A stretch of DNA of 64,000 bases from Opitutales bacterium (GTDB lineage: Bacteria; Verrucomicrobiota; Verrucomicrobiia; Opitutales; Oceanipulchritudinaceae), in assembly GCA_016932335.1 (NCBI GenBank), contig JAFGCZ010000001.1, forward strand, positions 49,714-113,713, given 5' to 3'. Every line of letters starts with the position of its first letter. The first letter of the stretch is position 1. This document shows, in pieces, positions 1-9,279 of the stretch. The notes below the pieces were generated by a model that saw only the letters and a program-made list of their open reading frames with translations, ran no database searches and was not told the origin of the DNA. A program made the translations under genes and the position numbers.

Positions 1-386
1 ATTTTCGTGAGGGAATCTGGGTCTTTAAGCGCGATGGCAAATATTACTTCATGTGGTCCATAGATGATGCCCGCAGTCCCGATTATCGTATCGGCTGGGG
101 CGTGGCGGATTCTCCTCTTGGGCCCGTAAGTGTATCTCAGAAAAACTTTGTGGTGCTTCGCCAGCATGGGCTTGCTCAGGGCACAGGGCATCACAGTGTA
201 GTGAATGTTCCAGGCAGCGACCGCTGGTATGTTGTCTACCATCGGCACGCAGTGCCCGATGGCAGCGGTTTTCGGCGTCAGATCTGCATTGTCGAGATGA
301 AGTTTGCCGAGGATGGGTCCATTCTTCCGATGGATCCTCTTACGGATCCTTTTGCCGAAAACCGGGAGGGAGAACCGCTTGAATAA
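1..386 (+). CDS. Glycoside hydrolase family 43-like protein, C-terminal fragment (5' end outside window)
   Basis: The reading frame is open from the window edge. The translation FREGIWVFKRDGKYYFMWSIDDARSPDYRIGWGVADSPLGPV...GHHSVV...WYVVYHRH looks like terminal beta-propeller blades of GH43 enzymes. The stop codon is at 384-386. Confidence 0.6.
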   Translation, partial: FREGIWVFKRDGKYYFMWSIDDARSPDYRIGWGVADSPLGPVSVSQKNFVVLRQHGLAQGTGHHSVVNVPGSDRWYVVYHRHAVPDGSGFRRQICIVEMKFAEDGSILPMDPLTDPFAENREGEPLE

Positions 387-564
387 AACCAATTTCTCGG
401 ATAGGTAGTTGTGTACAATAGATACTGCCCCCGATCAAGAGCAGCCTCTGCGACAAGCATTCTATGGCTTTTCCTGATCGGGGGCAGTATAATCCGTTGC
501 CTCAATTTTGTTGTCGGCAACTCTATTTGTTATACCCTGTAAGCATTACCCCCTCGATGTTCCT

Positions 565-2667
565 ATGAAGACATTTTGCCGTTTCCCTGCCACCGCCGTT
601 CTCTGGTGTATTTCGATTTGTCTCTGGTGTATGTGTCTTAACGCCTCAGAGCAGGTTGATCCACGCTTGATTACGACTGCAGCCGAGGTCAAGGCGCTTA
701 CCTATGAGGATGCGGCAACAGGTATTCCAGTGCGTTTGTGTGGTGTCTTTATCGGTTCTGCAGATCCCCCCGAGTTGGCTTTTGTGATCCAGGATGAGAC
801 CGAAACCATTTATGTCCTCAGTTGGACAGATATGGTTGGCCAACTAAAATTGGGAGACCTTGTTGAACTCGAGGGAGAAACCCGCCCGGGGAGCTACGCG
901 CCTGAAGTCGAGGCGAAGCAGATCAGAGTTATTGGGCAACGTCCTATCCCTGCCCCAAGGCCTGTTACCATCGACTATCTGTATTTGGGCAAAGACAGCT
1001 CGCATTGGGTTACGTTTTCAGGTGTAGTTCGTTCGGCGGAGGTGGTTCAACCCGGCGATACTCATTATTACGAGTCTCAGGTGGGCTCCGTCATCATGGA
1101 GGTTGCCTCAGGTAACTCCAGAATACCGGTGGAGGTCAAGGATCAGGTGGATCCCAATGATTATGTCGATGCCGAATTACAGATCAGCGGTATCTGTTTT
1201 GAGCGCTTTGATAACCATCGCCACTTTGTGAAACCTTTTGTGCTTATTCCCAAAGGGGTTAAACCTGTCATTAAGAAGCCTTCTCCCGAAGCCCCTTATG
1301 ACGAGCCTCTGGTTTCATTTGAGGAATTGCTTACCTATCAGAATCAACCCAAATTTGGGCGTCATCGCATACGCATGCAGGGCGTTGTTCTGGACCATCA
1401 ACTGGGATCTGTGCTCTGGCTGCGTGATGGGGCCCACAGCCTTAAAGTGGAGACTCGGCAAAACGAACAGCTCATTGCCGGAGATAAAATCGATGTGCTT
1501 GGCTTTCCCAAACCGGGCGAGTACAATCCTATGCTGGAGGATGCGGAATTCAGAAAGCTGGATGATTTTGAATTGCCTGTTCCTGCTCCGGTGGGCGATC
1601 TTTCCGAAGCCTTTCAAAATGATGAAAACCTCATTCAGATTAACGCCAAACTTTCCAGCATTCGCCGCTTTCCCACTCGCACAGAATTGATTCTGGACTG
1701 GAGGCACACGCCCATCCGGGCAAACCTGCACATTGCCGAAGATGTTCCGATTCCCGGCGACTGGAAGCCCGGCAGTATTGTCAGCGTCAGTGGTATTTGT
1801 GTTGTGGAATCGGATTCTACAGTGCCGCTGAGTGGATTGTGGATTCCCAAAACATTTCAACTGCTGCTTCGTTCAACCTCAGACCTGTCTATCATCAAAT
1901 CGCCCTCCTGGTGGAATTGGGAGCATGTGGCCTGGCTATTATTTGGCTTTCTTATACTGGCGTTGCTGACTATTGCCACCATTGTTCAATATTCCAGATT
2001 ACGTTTCCAGGAGCAGGAACGCAAAAGAGCTATCGCTGAGACGGAGTTTTCTGCCATCCTCAACGAGCGTACCCGTTTGGCCCGGGAAATCCACGACACG
2101 CTTTCTCAGAGTTTGGGAGCCATCTCTGTGCAACTGGAATTGGCCCGCATGCAGGCCAACGAAATGAGCGATCAATTGCGCGGGAACCTGGGCATGGCTC
2201 ATCAACTAGCTCGTAACGCCCTCACAGAGGCCCGCAATTCTATTTGGAACATGCGTTCGCAGATCCTTGAGGAGTGCGATCTTGCCGAGGCATTAAAACG
2301 AAATATCCAGAAGCTGGTGGATGATAGCCTTGTTAAGAGCACATTTCAGGTGGATGGAGAGGTCCGCAGGCTTTCTCCTCTGGTGGAAAACAACCTGCTC
2401 AGAATTGGTCTCGAGGCGGTCGCCAATTCCATTAAACATGCGAACCCCGCTCTGATTGGGGTCAGGCTGCAGTTTGAAAAGAACAAGGTTCATCTCGCCG
2501 TAGAGGACGATGGCATTGGCTTTGTTGAAGGGGAACAGAAGAACAAAGAGCGGCGCAGCTTTGGTCTGGTGGGTATTCGGGAGAGGGCGGATTTGATCGG
2601 TGGTAAAGTTACCATCGAAAGCATCCCGGGGCAGGGCACCCGTATCGAGGTTTTCGTCTCTGCCTGA
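565..2667 (+). CDS. Sensor histidine kinase, NarX/DegS type (HisKA_3 + HATPase_c), with a ~440-aa extracytoplasmic N-terminal domain
   Basis: The ORF track gives 508-2667 from a TTG start. I prefer the ATG at 565 (MKTFCRFPATAVLWCISICLWCMC, signal/TM-like). A second TM segment is WLLFGFLILALLTIATIV. The H-box is REIHDTLSQSL, and the ATPase motifs are NSIKHA, EDDGIGF and GLVGIRERA. A NarL-type regulator gene lies immediately downstream. Confidence 0.85.
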   Translation: MKTFCRFPATAVLWCISICLWCMCLNASEQVDPRLITTAAEVKALTYEDAATGIPVRLCGVFIGSADPPELAFVIQDETETIYVLSWTDMVGQLKLGDLVELEGETRPGSYAPEVEAKQIRVIGQRPIPAPRPVTIDYLYLGKDSSHWVTFSGVVRSAEVVQPGDTHYYESQVGSVIMEVASGNSRIPVEVKDQVDPNDYVDAELQISGICFERFDNHRHFVKPFVLIPKGVKPVIKKPSPEAPYDEPLVSFEELLTYQNQPKFGRHRIRMQGVVLDHQLGSVLWLRDGAHSLKVETRQNEQLIAGDKIDVLGFPKPGEYNPMLEDAEFRKLDDFELPVPAPVGDLSEAFQNDENLIQINAKLSSIRRFPTRTELILDWRHTPIRANLHIAEDVPIPGDWKPGSIVSVSGICVVESDSTVPLSGLWIPKTFQLLLRSTSDLSIIKSPSWWNWEHVAWLLFGFLILALLTIATIVQYSRLRFQEQERKRAIAETEFSAILNERTRLAREIHDTLSQSLGAISVQLELARMQANEMSDQLRGNLGMAHQLARNALTEARNSIWNMRSQILEECDLAEALKRNIQKLVDDSLVKSTFQVDGEVRRLSPLVENNLLRIGLEAVANSIKHANPALIGVRLQFEKNKVHLAVEDDGIGFVEGEQKNKERRSFGLVGIRERADLIGGKVTIESIPGQGTRIEVFVSA

Positions 2668-2751
2668 TTCATCGAAATATAGGGAATAGCTTGGTTTTTC
2701 TGCATTTAAGTTTAATATAATACCAGTTGGGGATTGGTAGAACATAGAATC

Positions 2752-3426
2752 ATGGTATCTGAAATCTCTTTTACTCAATCGAATATGAACAGCTCAGACA
2801 ATGGCACAGTAATCCGCATTATGGTGGTTGATGATCATCCATCTATGCGAATGGGATTGATTGCATTGATCCAGGGGCAGAACGATATGGATGTGGTGGC
2901 CGAAGCCTCCAATGGTGAAGAAGCTGTCATCGTCTATGAAGATACACTCCCCGACGTTGTTCTTATGGATTTGCAAATGCCTGAGATGAATGGAATTGAG
3001 GCCCTTATGCTCATCCGCAAAAAATTCCCCGAGGCCAGAATCATCATTCTTTCTACTTTTGATTGGGACGAAGATATTCATCTGGCAATCCAATCCGGCG
3101 CAAAATCATATCTCCTGAAAGATGCCTCAATAGAGGAGATTGCCGGAGTTATTCGGCTTGTTTATTCAGGGGAAAGCGTGTTGCCCGATGTGGTGGCTAA
3201 GCGGCTGGAAGAATGTTCGCAGCGCAAACAGCTTTCCGAGCGCGAACGGGAAGTGCTCGAATACTTAATTAAAGGGCGCAGTAATAAGGAGATCGCAGCC
3301 AAGCTTTACATATCTGAGGAAACGGTTAAATCACACCTGAAATCTCTGTTTTTAAAACTGCAAGTGCGAGATCGAACAGAGGCGGCCATTACCGCTGTTA
3401 GGCATGGTATCGTTCACCTTGAGTAG
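2752..3426 (+). CDS. NarL/LuxR-family response regulator (REC + HTH_LuxR)
   Basis: Receiver motifs are VVDDHP, VVLMDLQMPEMNG, LSTF and KSYLLKD. The C-terminal HTH is LSEREREVLEYLIKGRSNKEIAAKLYISEETVKSHLKSLFLKL. The start is uncertain: TTG 2734, ATG 2752 or ATG 2785. Confidence 0.9.
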   Translation: MVSEISFTQSNMNSSDNGTVIRIMVVDDHPSMRMGLIALIQGQNDMDVVAEASNGEEAVIVYEDTLPDVVLMDLQMPEMNGIEALMLIRKKFPEARIIILSTFDWDEDIHLAIQSGAKSYLLKDASIEEIAGVIRLVYSGESVLPDVVAKRLEECSQRKQLSEREREVLEYLIKGRSNKEIAAKLYISEETVKSHLKSLFLKLQVRDRTEAAITAVRHGIVHLE

Positions 3427-3681
3427 TCTTTTTTCTGCTTTCTTTGGCTTATTCTCTTACATTTGAGCACAATGTGCTTCTACTGCAGCTCCTTTTAGGC
3501 AGCCTACAAAAAATGTAAGGAACAGCGGCAAATAATCATTAGTTGATTTATGGCGTTTATGCTTGGGCTCTTTATGTCTACATCTCGTTGAGAAGGTAGA
3601 TTCGGGTAGGGTTTTATGCGTTAGGATTACGCTATAATTGATACAAGGACAAAGGGTTAAATCATTTTAACACTCAAATTC

Positions 3682-3694
3682 CCCCTATTAGGGG
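3682..3694. promoter_or_regulatory. Perfect palindrome CCCCTA-T-TAGGGG in the 359-bp noncoding leader upstream of the GH43-like gene (candidate operator)
   Basis: Read directly from the sequence at 3682-3694. No protein partner is demonstrated. Confidence 0.2.
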
Positions 3695-3785
3695 ATATGT
3701 AAAGTTGCGAAAATAAGGTAAACTATAGCTCAGAAGAAAATACCCCGACTTCTTTCCTTACCCCCTTATTTCATAACCAAACTAA

Positions 3786-4772
3786 ATGAAACCCTTACCC
3801 GGATTTCTTCTCTTTCTTTCCTGTGCCCTTTGGTCGGTGTCTTGTTCCAAGGCACCGACCCCCTCAATACCTACAGAGTCAGACAAGTCCTATCTTTTTT
3901 CCTATTTTCTGGATAATGGTGAGGACGGTTTACATCTGGCTTGGAGCAGTGACGGGATTACTTGGGATGTTTTGAACAATGGCGCTCCATTTCTCACTCC
4001 CAACGTTGGAGAGTCACGCCTGATGCGCGATCCGTGTGTCACCCAGGGTCCGGACGGAACCTTTCATATGGTTTGGACGGACAGTTGGCACTCGCAGACG
4101 ATTGGCTACGCGTCGACTAAGGATTTTATCCACTGGTCTGAGCAGAAGACCATTCCGGTAATGCAACGGAAGACGGATGCCCTTAACTGCTGGGCTCCGG
4201 AAATTAACTACGATAGCGAGCTTGGCCAATTTATTATTTTTTGGGCCACAACACTTCCCGGTGAGTTTACCGAAACCTGGTTTGATGGTCAGAACGATAA
4301 TAACCACCGTATCTATTATACTACGACTAAAGACTTTGAGCATTTTACTCCAACCGAAGTCTTTTTCGATCCCGGATTCAATTGCATCGACTCGACTATC
4401 CTTCGAAAGGACGGGGTATACTGCATGTTCTTTAAGGATGAGACGAATTATCCAGAGCCGATGAAAAACATCCGCCTTGCCGTAGCAAATCATTTATCTG
4501 GCCCATACTCCGTTTTGCCCGACGAGATTACACCGAAAAATTCATGGGTTGAGGGCCCTACCGCTGTAAGCATCGGAGAGTACACATACCTCTATTTCGA
4601 TGTCTATATGGCCCACCACTATGCGGCCTTGCGCTCCAAAGACCTTGTTCATTGGGAAGACCTTTCCGAACAGCTTTCTATGCCAGAGGGAATCCGCCAC
4701 GGCACCGTATTTTCGGTAGCGCCAGAGGTGCTGGAACGCCTGCTTAGCTTCAATAAAACCGAGAAGCAGTAA
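3786..4772 (+). CDS. Secreted (probable lipoprotein) five-bladed beta-propeller glycoside hydrolase, GH43-like
   Basis: The signal peptide carries a lipobox-like Cys (FLLFLSCALWSVSCSK). Repeated blade motifs are present: DPCVTQGPDGTFHMVWT, CWAPEINYD, NCIDSTILRKDGVYCMFFKDE and WVEGPTAV. The gene lies inside a glycan-utilisation locus. Confidence 0.75.
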   Translation: MKPLPGFLLFLSCALWSVSCSKAPTPSIPTESDKSYLFSYFLDNGEDGLHLAWSSDGITWDVLNNGAPFLTPNVGESRLMRDPCVTQGPDGTFHMVWTDSWHSQTIGYASTKDFIHWSEQKTIPVMQRKTDALNCWAPEINYDSELGQFIIFWATTLPGEFTETWFDGQNDNNHRIYYTTTKDFEHFTPTEVFFDPGFNCIDSTILRKDGVYCMFFKDETNYPEPMKNIRLAVANHLSGPYSVLPDEITPKNSWVEGPTAVSIGEYTYLYFDVYMAHHYAALRSKDLVHWEDLSEQLSMPEGIRHGTVFSVAPEVLERLLSFNKTEKQ

Positions 4773-4952
4773 CTGCACTCCTTCATTGTTCTTTAAAAAA
4801 CATATTCCGAACTGTTTGTAGCATTTCAGCATTTTTGGGGGCTCAATGTAGCTCTCATTAGAGCATTCTCCGATTAACACTTAAAAATGGGATTATAATC
4901 CATGCCATTCGTATAATTTCAAAAGATTCAGTATACTTAATCTATTACTACC

Positions 4953-4976
4953 CAGTTCATAAACCCTACTGAACTG
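4953..4976. promoter_or_regulatory. Inverted repeat CAGTTCA-N10-TGAACTG upstream of the TonB-dependent receptor gene (candidate operator)
   Basis: These are perfect 7-bp arms separated by 10 nt, about 80 bp upstream of the ATG at 5056. Confidence 0.2.
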
Positions 4977-5055
4977 TTCTGTTGTTACCATCGTTATTCG
5001 AATCAATCAGTCACAATTCCTGATCGTTCGATTTTTACCTCAACGATACAATCTG

Positions 5056-8000
5056 ATGCAAAAACCAAGTACTCACTATAAGAGCTTAAGCAGTACCCCC
5101 TTAAGTTCTGCGCCGCAACTGCGGCCTCTCACATTCTTTGCCATTGCCGGTCTCACCGCAATGTGCCCCACCACACTGTTCAGCCAAACAGACCTTGATA
5201 AGAACGAGGGCATTGACGATAATGTTATGCTGCTTGATCCTTTCGAAGTCGTATCAGACAAGGATGTCGGCTATTTGGCTACCGCATCGCTTTCAGGCTC
5301 CCGCCTGAATACTGAAATGCGCGATATTGCTGCTGCCGTTCAAGCGATCACTCCCGAGTTTATGAAAGACGTGGGAGCTACAGACCTTAAGAAACTCCTC
5401 CTCTATACTACCAGCACCGAAGTCGGAGGCCTGGACGGTAACTTCTACGGTGGAGACTCATGGGATAAGGGCTATGCCAATAAAATGCTTGTTGAGCCAA
5501 GCAAAAGTACCCGTATCCGTGGTCTGAATAATGCCGATGTTACCCGGGATTTCTTCCCGTCCGATATCCCAATTGACTGGTATAGTCTTTCCCGTGTCGA
5601 TATCAGCCGCGGCCCCAATGCGGTTCTCTTTGGCTTGGGTAGCCCTGCGGGTCTCATTAACAATACGCTCAAAGTGCCCAATATGGCACAGGATACGAAT
5701 ACGTTTGAGTTTAAATTCGACAACTACGGCTCCAAGCGCGAAATGCTTGATGTAGACCAAACAATTATCCCGGGTGAACTGGGCATACGTGTTGTTGGTC
5801 TCTACGACGATGCAAAATTCCGACAAAATTATACATGGAATCGAGACCGTCGTATTTATGCGGCCGCACGCTATCAGCCGGATCTGGCAGAAGGCATCTT
5901 CACGCAAATTGATGTTAACGGTGAATGGGGTCAAATTAAAGGCAATCGCCCTGTCTCGACCACTCCCGCCGACTTCTTGTCAAACTGGTACGGCGCCGCC
6001 AATCGCATTACTGTCGAAAACGATGAATATTGGAGCTCCAATGGATTCGCCGACATCGAAAATGTCTATGCATCGCAGACGTTGGGTGGACAGCTCTGGG
6101 ACGACCACGCCGTATCCTTCTTCAGCGATCCCAATGGTTCCTCTACGGGCGTACCAGGAGATCCTCAAGCTATGTTGGTTCGTGGCTACAGCAATGTTAA
6201 CGGTGGCGGCTGGGGCAGCTGGGTTGGCTTGATTAATCCGAACTGGGAGGTCAACAACCCCAACCACGAAAAATATTCTGCTGCTTATTATGCCAATAAT
6301 CCCGTCGTCAGTGAGATTATCAGCAATTATGAAGCTCAAACTGGTAAGACCTTCAGCGGGTTTGGTGCCGGCTTGTGGCCCACTCAAATGATTGTTGACG
6401 GTCCTATCGCCGAGTTGATGAAGGAGCAAAATCTCATCGGCCCCAATAAATCCGAATTCAACAATTTTGAGACCTTCAATGCTCAAATCACCCAATCCTA
6501 TTGGGAAGGTCGTGTTGGTTGGAATTTTGCCTACAATAAGCAGTCCTACCGTTCCGGCTACACCAATCTGATGGAGGGCCTTTGGGGCATGAATGTTGTT
6601 TCCATCGACATAAACGAATCTTTACGTAACAGCGATGATGCCAACAACCCAAATCTGGGACGCCTTTACACCTTTGGGGAAGGCCGTGGAGCCATTTGGG
6701 AAAAGGAGAGAGAGAACTGGCGCTTTACCGGTTATCTCAACCTGAAGGCGGAAGACTTCATGAATCCAGACAGCCTGCTCACCAAGATTATCGGCGAGCA
6801 TACCTTTACAGGAGTCAGGGCTTCGCAGCGCTACGAAAACTTCGATCGCAATTTCAAGCTTTACGCATGGGAGCCGGCATATATCGAAGCGCTAACCAAC
6901 GGCAATTCCACCGGATATGCCACATGGAGAGCTGTGCACTATCTCAGCGACAGCATGCTGGATACCACCTCCATGGATCAGATTTCCGGTATGACGGGAA
7001 TCGGTGTTGTGCAGACTCCTGAGCTTACTCAAAATGTGCTGGCATACACTAATGGTGCCTGGACTACCTCAAGCTTTGATCTGATCAGTTGGGAGAATGA
7101 CATCGACAAACTATACGATGGCGCTTCTCAGGGCTACGATACAACCAAATCCAATGTCCTTGTTTGGCAGGGAAATATGTTTGATGGTGTTATCGTTCCT
7201 ATCTTCGGTTGGCGCGAGGACGATTACGAGCGCTGGAATAAGCCTTCGACTCTAGTTAAAGATGGCACTTACAACTATGTTCTGCCCTACAGCAGTGATT
7301 GGAATTACGATGATGTAACTCCTATCCGCGCCAAAGAGCAGAGACGCAGCTGGAGTGTTGCTTTGCATGTTCGTGAATTGTTGCAATGGTTTGATTACGA
7401 GCTGCCCAAAGGCACCGACATCACCATCCTCTACAACAATTCCAGCAGTTTCCGTCCCTCCGATGTGGCTGTTGATGTATATGGTAACCAGGAAGCTACT
7501 CCATCCGGGGATACAGAAGACGTTAGCGTAATGGTCTCCACATTGGACAATCGCCTGTCTTTCCGCATCACCAAATACAAAACTGTGCAGAAAAACACTC
7601 CTTTTATCGGCACCAGCCCGGCCTTCAACGCCAATAAGGCTATTCTCGGCCGTGCGATGGACGGTATGATGTGGGAAATCGGTTCTTGGGCAGGCGCCAA
7701 TGCCGAAGACCGTGTTCAGCCTACACCGGAATGGCTCGTCAACAAGTGGATGTTCGGCGACAATTACGATGAGTCTATTGCTAACACCCCGTTGCCCAGC
7801 AACTGGCGCGATATTCCGGACATCCTCAATCAGCCTCTGCGTATCCGAGAATCAGCTGTGCCCGGCTCTGCAAGCTATGTGGCTCAGGGAACGATTAATC
7901 CGGATACGGATCTGGTCTATGTGGCCCCCCCGCTTACCGCAGATGAAGTGGCCTATCGCACTGAATGGTTCAAGGCCAGAAGCGATGCGGAATGGTCCCG

Positions 8001-8838
8001 CCCTGTCGATCAGGAGTTCTGGTCTGCTATGAACTTCACCCGTAATTACAGTGCGGACTGGGGCGGTTTTTGGGAAACCACTGCTTGGGAAATTCCCCAA
8101 AGTATGAAAAGTCTCAACGACTTGGAATCGACCGGTACTGAATACGAAGTTACTGCCAATATTCTGCCCAACTGGCGCATTACGCTGAATGCATCCAGAG
8201 CCGAGGCCGTGCGTTCCAATGTGCTCAATTCATGGGATGAATACATCGAAAAGAATATCGATTTCTGGTTCGATGGAGGTTATTCCCTCAACGATGCTCC
8301 GGCGATGGATTATTGGTCCTTCCAGGGCTTCTATGATATCGTGCAGTCTCCCGGCAATACCCTTGGCCTTTCCGGCCGTCTGGGCACACAGTATGGGGCT
8401 GAAATCCTCAACGCCTACTATCAGGCCAAGGCCACTGAAAATCAGATGGTCAACGAGCTCAGAAAATGGCACTTCAACTTGGTTACAAACTATACCTTTG
8501 ACAGCGGACCGCTCAAGGGGGTAGGGATTGGTGGAGCTTATCGCTGGATGGATAACTCCAATATCGGCTACTATCCGAAATACGACGCAGATGCCAACGC
8601 ATGGGTCAACGATATGGATAAACCGATTCAAGGCCCGGCCGAAGACTATGTTGATTTTTGGGTGTCCTACCAGCGCGACATCACCGAGAAGATCAATTGG
8701 TCCATTCAGTTGAATGTGTATAACCTCTTCCCAGACGATAGTTTCATTCCTATCCAGGCGAATCCCGATGGTTCGATTGCTCAGGTTCGTATTCCCGGTG
8801 AAACAACTTGGTCAATTAGTAACGTTATTCGCTTCTAG
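5056..8838 (+). CDS. TonB-dependent outer-membrane receptor, unusually long (1260 aa)
   Basis: A signal peptide is followed by a plug region (DPFEVVSDKDVGYLATASLSGSRLNT...AVQAITPEFM...IRGLNNADVTRDF...SRVDISRGPNAVLFGLGSPAGLINN). The long body is rich in beta-strand-like sequence, and the C-terminal residue is aromatic (..NVIRF), as is typical of OM beta-barrels. Confidence 0.85.
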   Translation: MQKPSTHYKSLSSTPLSSAPQLRPLTFFAIAGLTAMCPTTLFSQTDLDKNEGIDDNVMLLDPFEVVSDKDVGYLATASLSGSRLNTEMRDIAAAVQAITPEFMKDVGATDLKKLLLYTTSTEVGGLDGNFYGGDSWDKGYANKMLVEPSKSTRIRGLNNADVTRDFFPSDIPIDWYSLSRVDISRGPNAVLFGLGSPAGLINNTLKVPNMAQDTNTFEFKFDNYGSKREMLDVDQTIIPGELGIRVVGLYDDAKFRQNYTWNRDRRIYAAARYQPDLAEGIFTQIDVNGEWGQIKGNRPVSTTPADFLSNWYGAANRITVENDEYWSSNGFADIENVYASQTLGGQLWDDHAVSFFSDPNGSSTGVPGDPQAMLVRGYSNVNGGGWGSWVGLINPNWEVNNPNHEKYSAAYYANNPVVSEIISNYEAQTGKTFSGFGAGLWPTQMIVDGPIAELMKEQNLIGPNKSEFNNFETFNAQITQSYWEGRVGWNFAYNKQSYRSGYTNLMEGLWGMNVVSIDINESLRNSDDANNPNLGRLYTFGEGRGAIWEKERENWRFTGYLNLKAEDFMNPDSLLTKIIGEHTFTGVRASQRYENFDRNFKLYAWEPAYIEALTNGNSTGYATWRAVHYLSDSMLDTTSMDQISGMTGIGVVQTPELTQNVLAYTNGAWTTSSFDLISWENDIDKLYDGASQGYDTTKSNVLVWQGNMFDGVIVPIFGWREDDYERWNKPSTLVKDGTYNYVLPYSSDWNYDDVTPIRAKEQRRSWSVALHVRELLQWFDYELPKGTDITILYNNSSSFRPSDVAVDVYGNQEATPSGDTEDVSVMVSTLDNRLSFRITKYKTVQKNTPFIGTSPAFNANKAILGRAMDGMMWEIGSWAGANAEDRVQPTPEWLVNKWMFGDNYDESIANTPLPSNWRDIPDILNQPLRIRESAVPGSASYVAQGTINPDTDLVYVAPPLTADEVAYRTEWFKARSDAEWSRPVDQEFWSAMNFTRNYSADWGGFWETTAWEIPQSMKSLNDLESTGTEYEVTANILPNWRITLNASRAEAVRSNVLNSWDEYIEKNIDFWFDGGYSLNDAPAMDYWSFQGFYDIVQSPGNTLGLSGRLGTQYGAEILNAYYQAKATENQMVNELRKWHFNLVTNYTFDSGPLKGVGIGGAYRWMDNSNIGYYPKYDADANAWVNDMDKPIQGPAEDYVDFWVSYQRDITEKINWSIQLNVYNLFPDDSFIPIQANPDGSIAQVRIPGETTWSISNVIRF

Positions 8839-8914
8839 AAGCGACGGGATAGCTCCCACATAAATAATGAGATTACTGACAAACAAACAGGAAGTTGGTA
8901 AGTAATACAAAATC

Positions 8915-8981
8915 GTCACCGATGTTTGCTTTTGCATTGAGTATCTCAAGGGGATGCACAAAGCAGCGTCGGTGACTTTTT
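8915..8981 (+). terminator. Rho-independent terminator after the TonB-dependent receptor gene
   Basis: A long imperfect hairpin pairs GTCACCGA..TTTGCTTT with AAAGCA..TCGGTGAC, with an inner TGCAT/ATGCA pair. It is followed by TTTTT at 8977-8981. Confidence 0.7.
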
Positions 8982-9279
8982 GTGTGCTTATCTGGTACGC
9001 TGTTCGCTTTTTCTAAACCGTAATAGGTTAGGCCTTTCAAGGCATATCACTCTTTTAGGTGATAGATATAAATTAAGAAAAACGCTATACTGGAGGCGTG
9101 AAAATGGGTGTCTTTCTCGTTACCCCTTGTAAACGCTTGTGTTCGCTCCATCAGTTCTTCTGCGACTTGTTCTTTACAGTTCGTTGCGCTTTTTCATTCG
9201 GCCGAAAATGGCTTTGCAGCTTTAAATTTACTTTCATTTCCGACCCACTGAACACTCTAATCCTTCGATACCTCTACTC

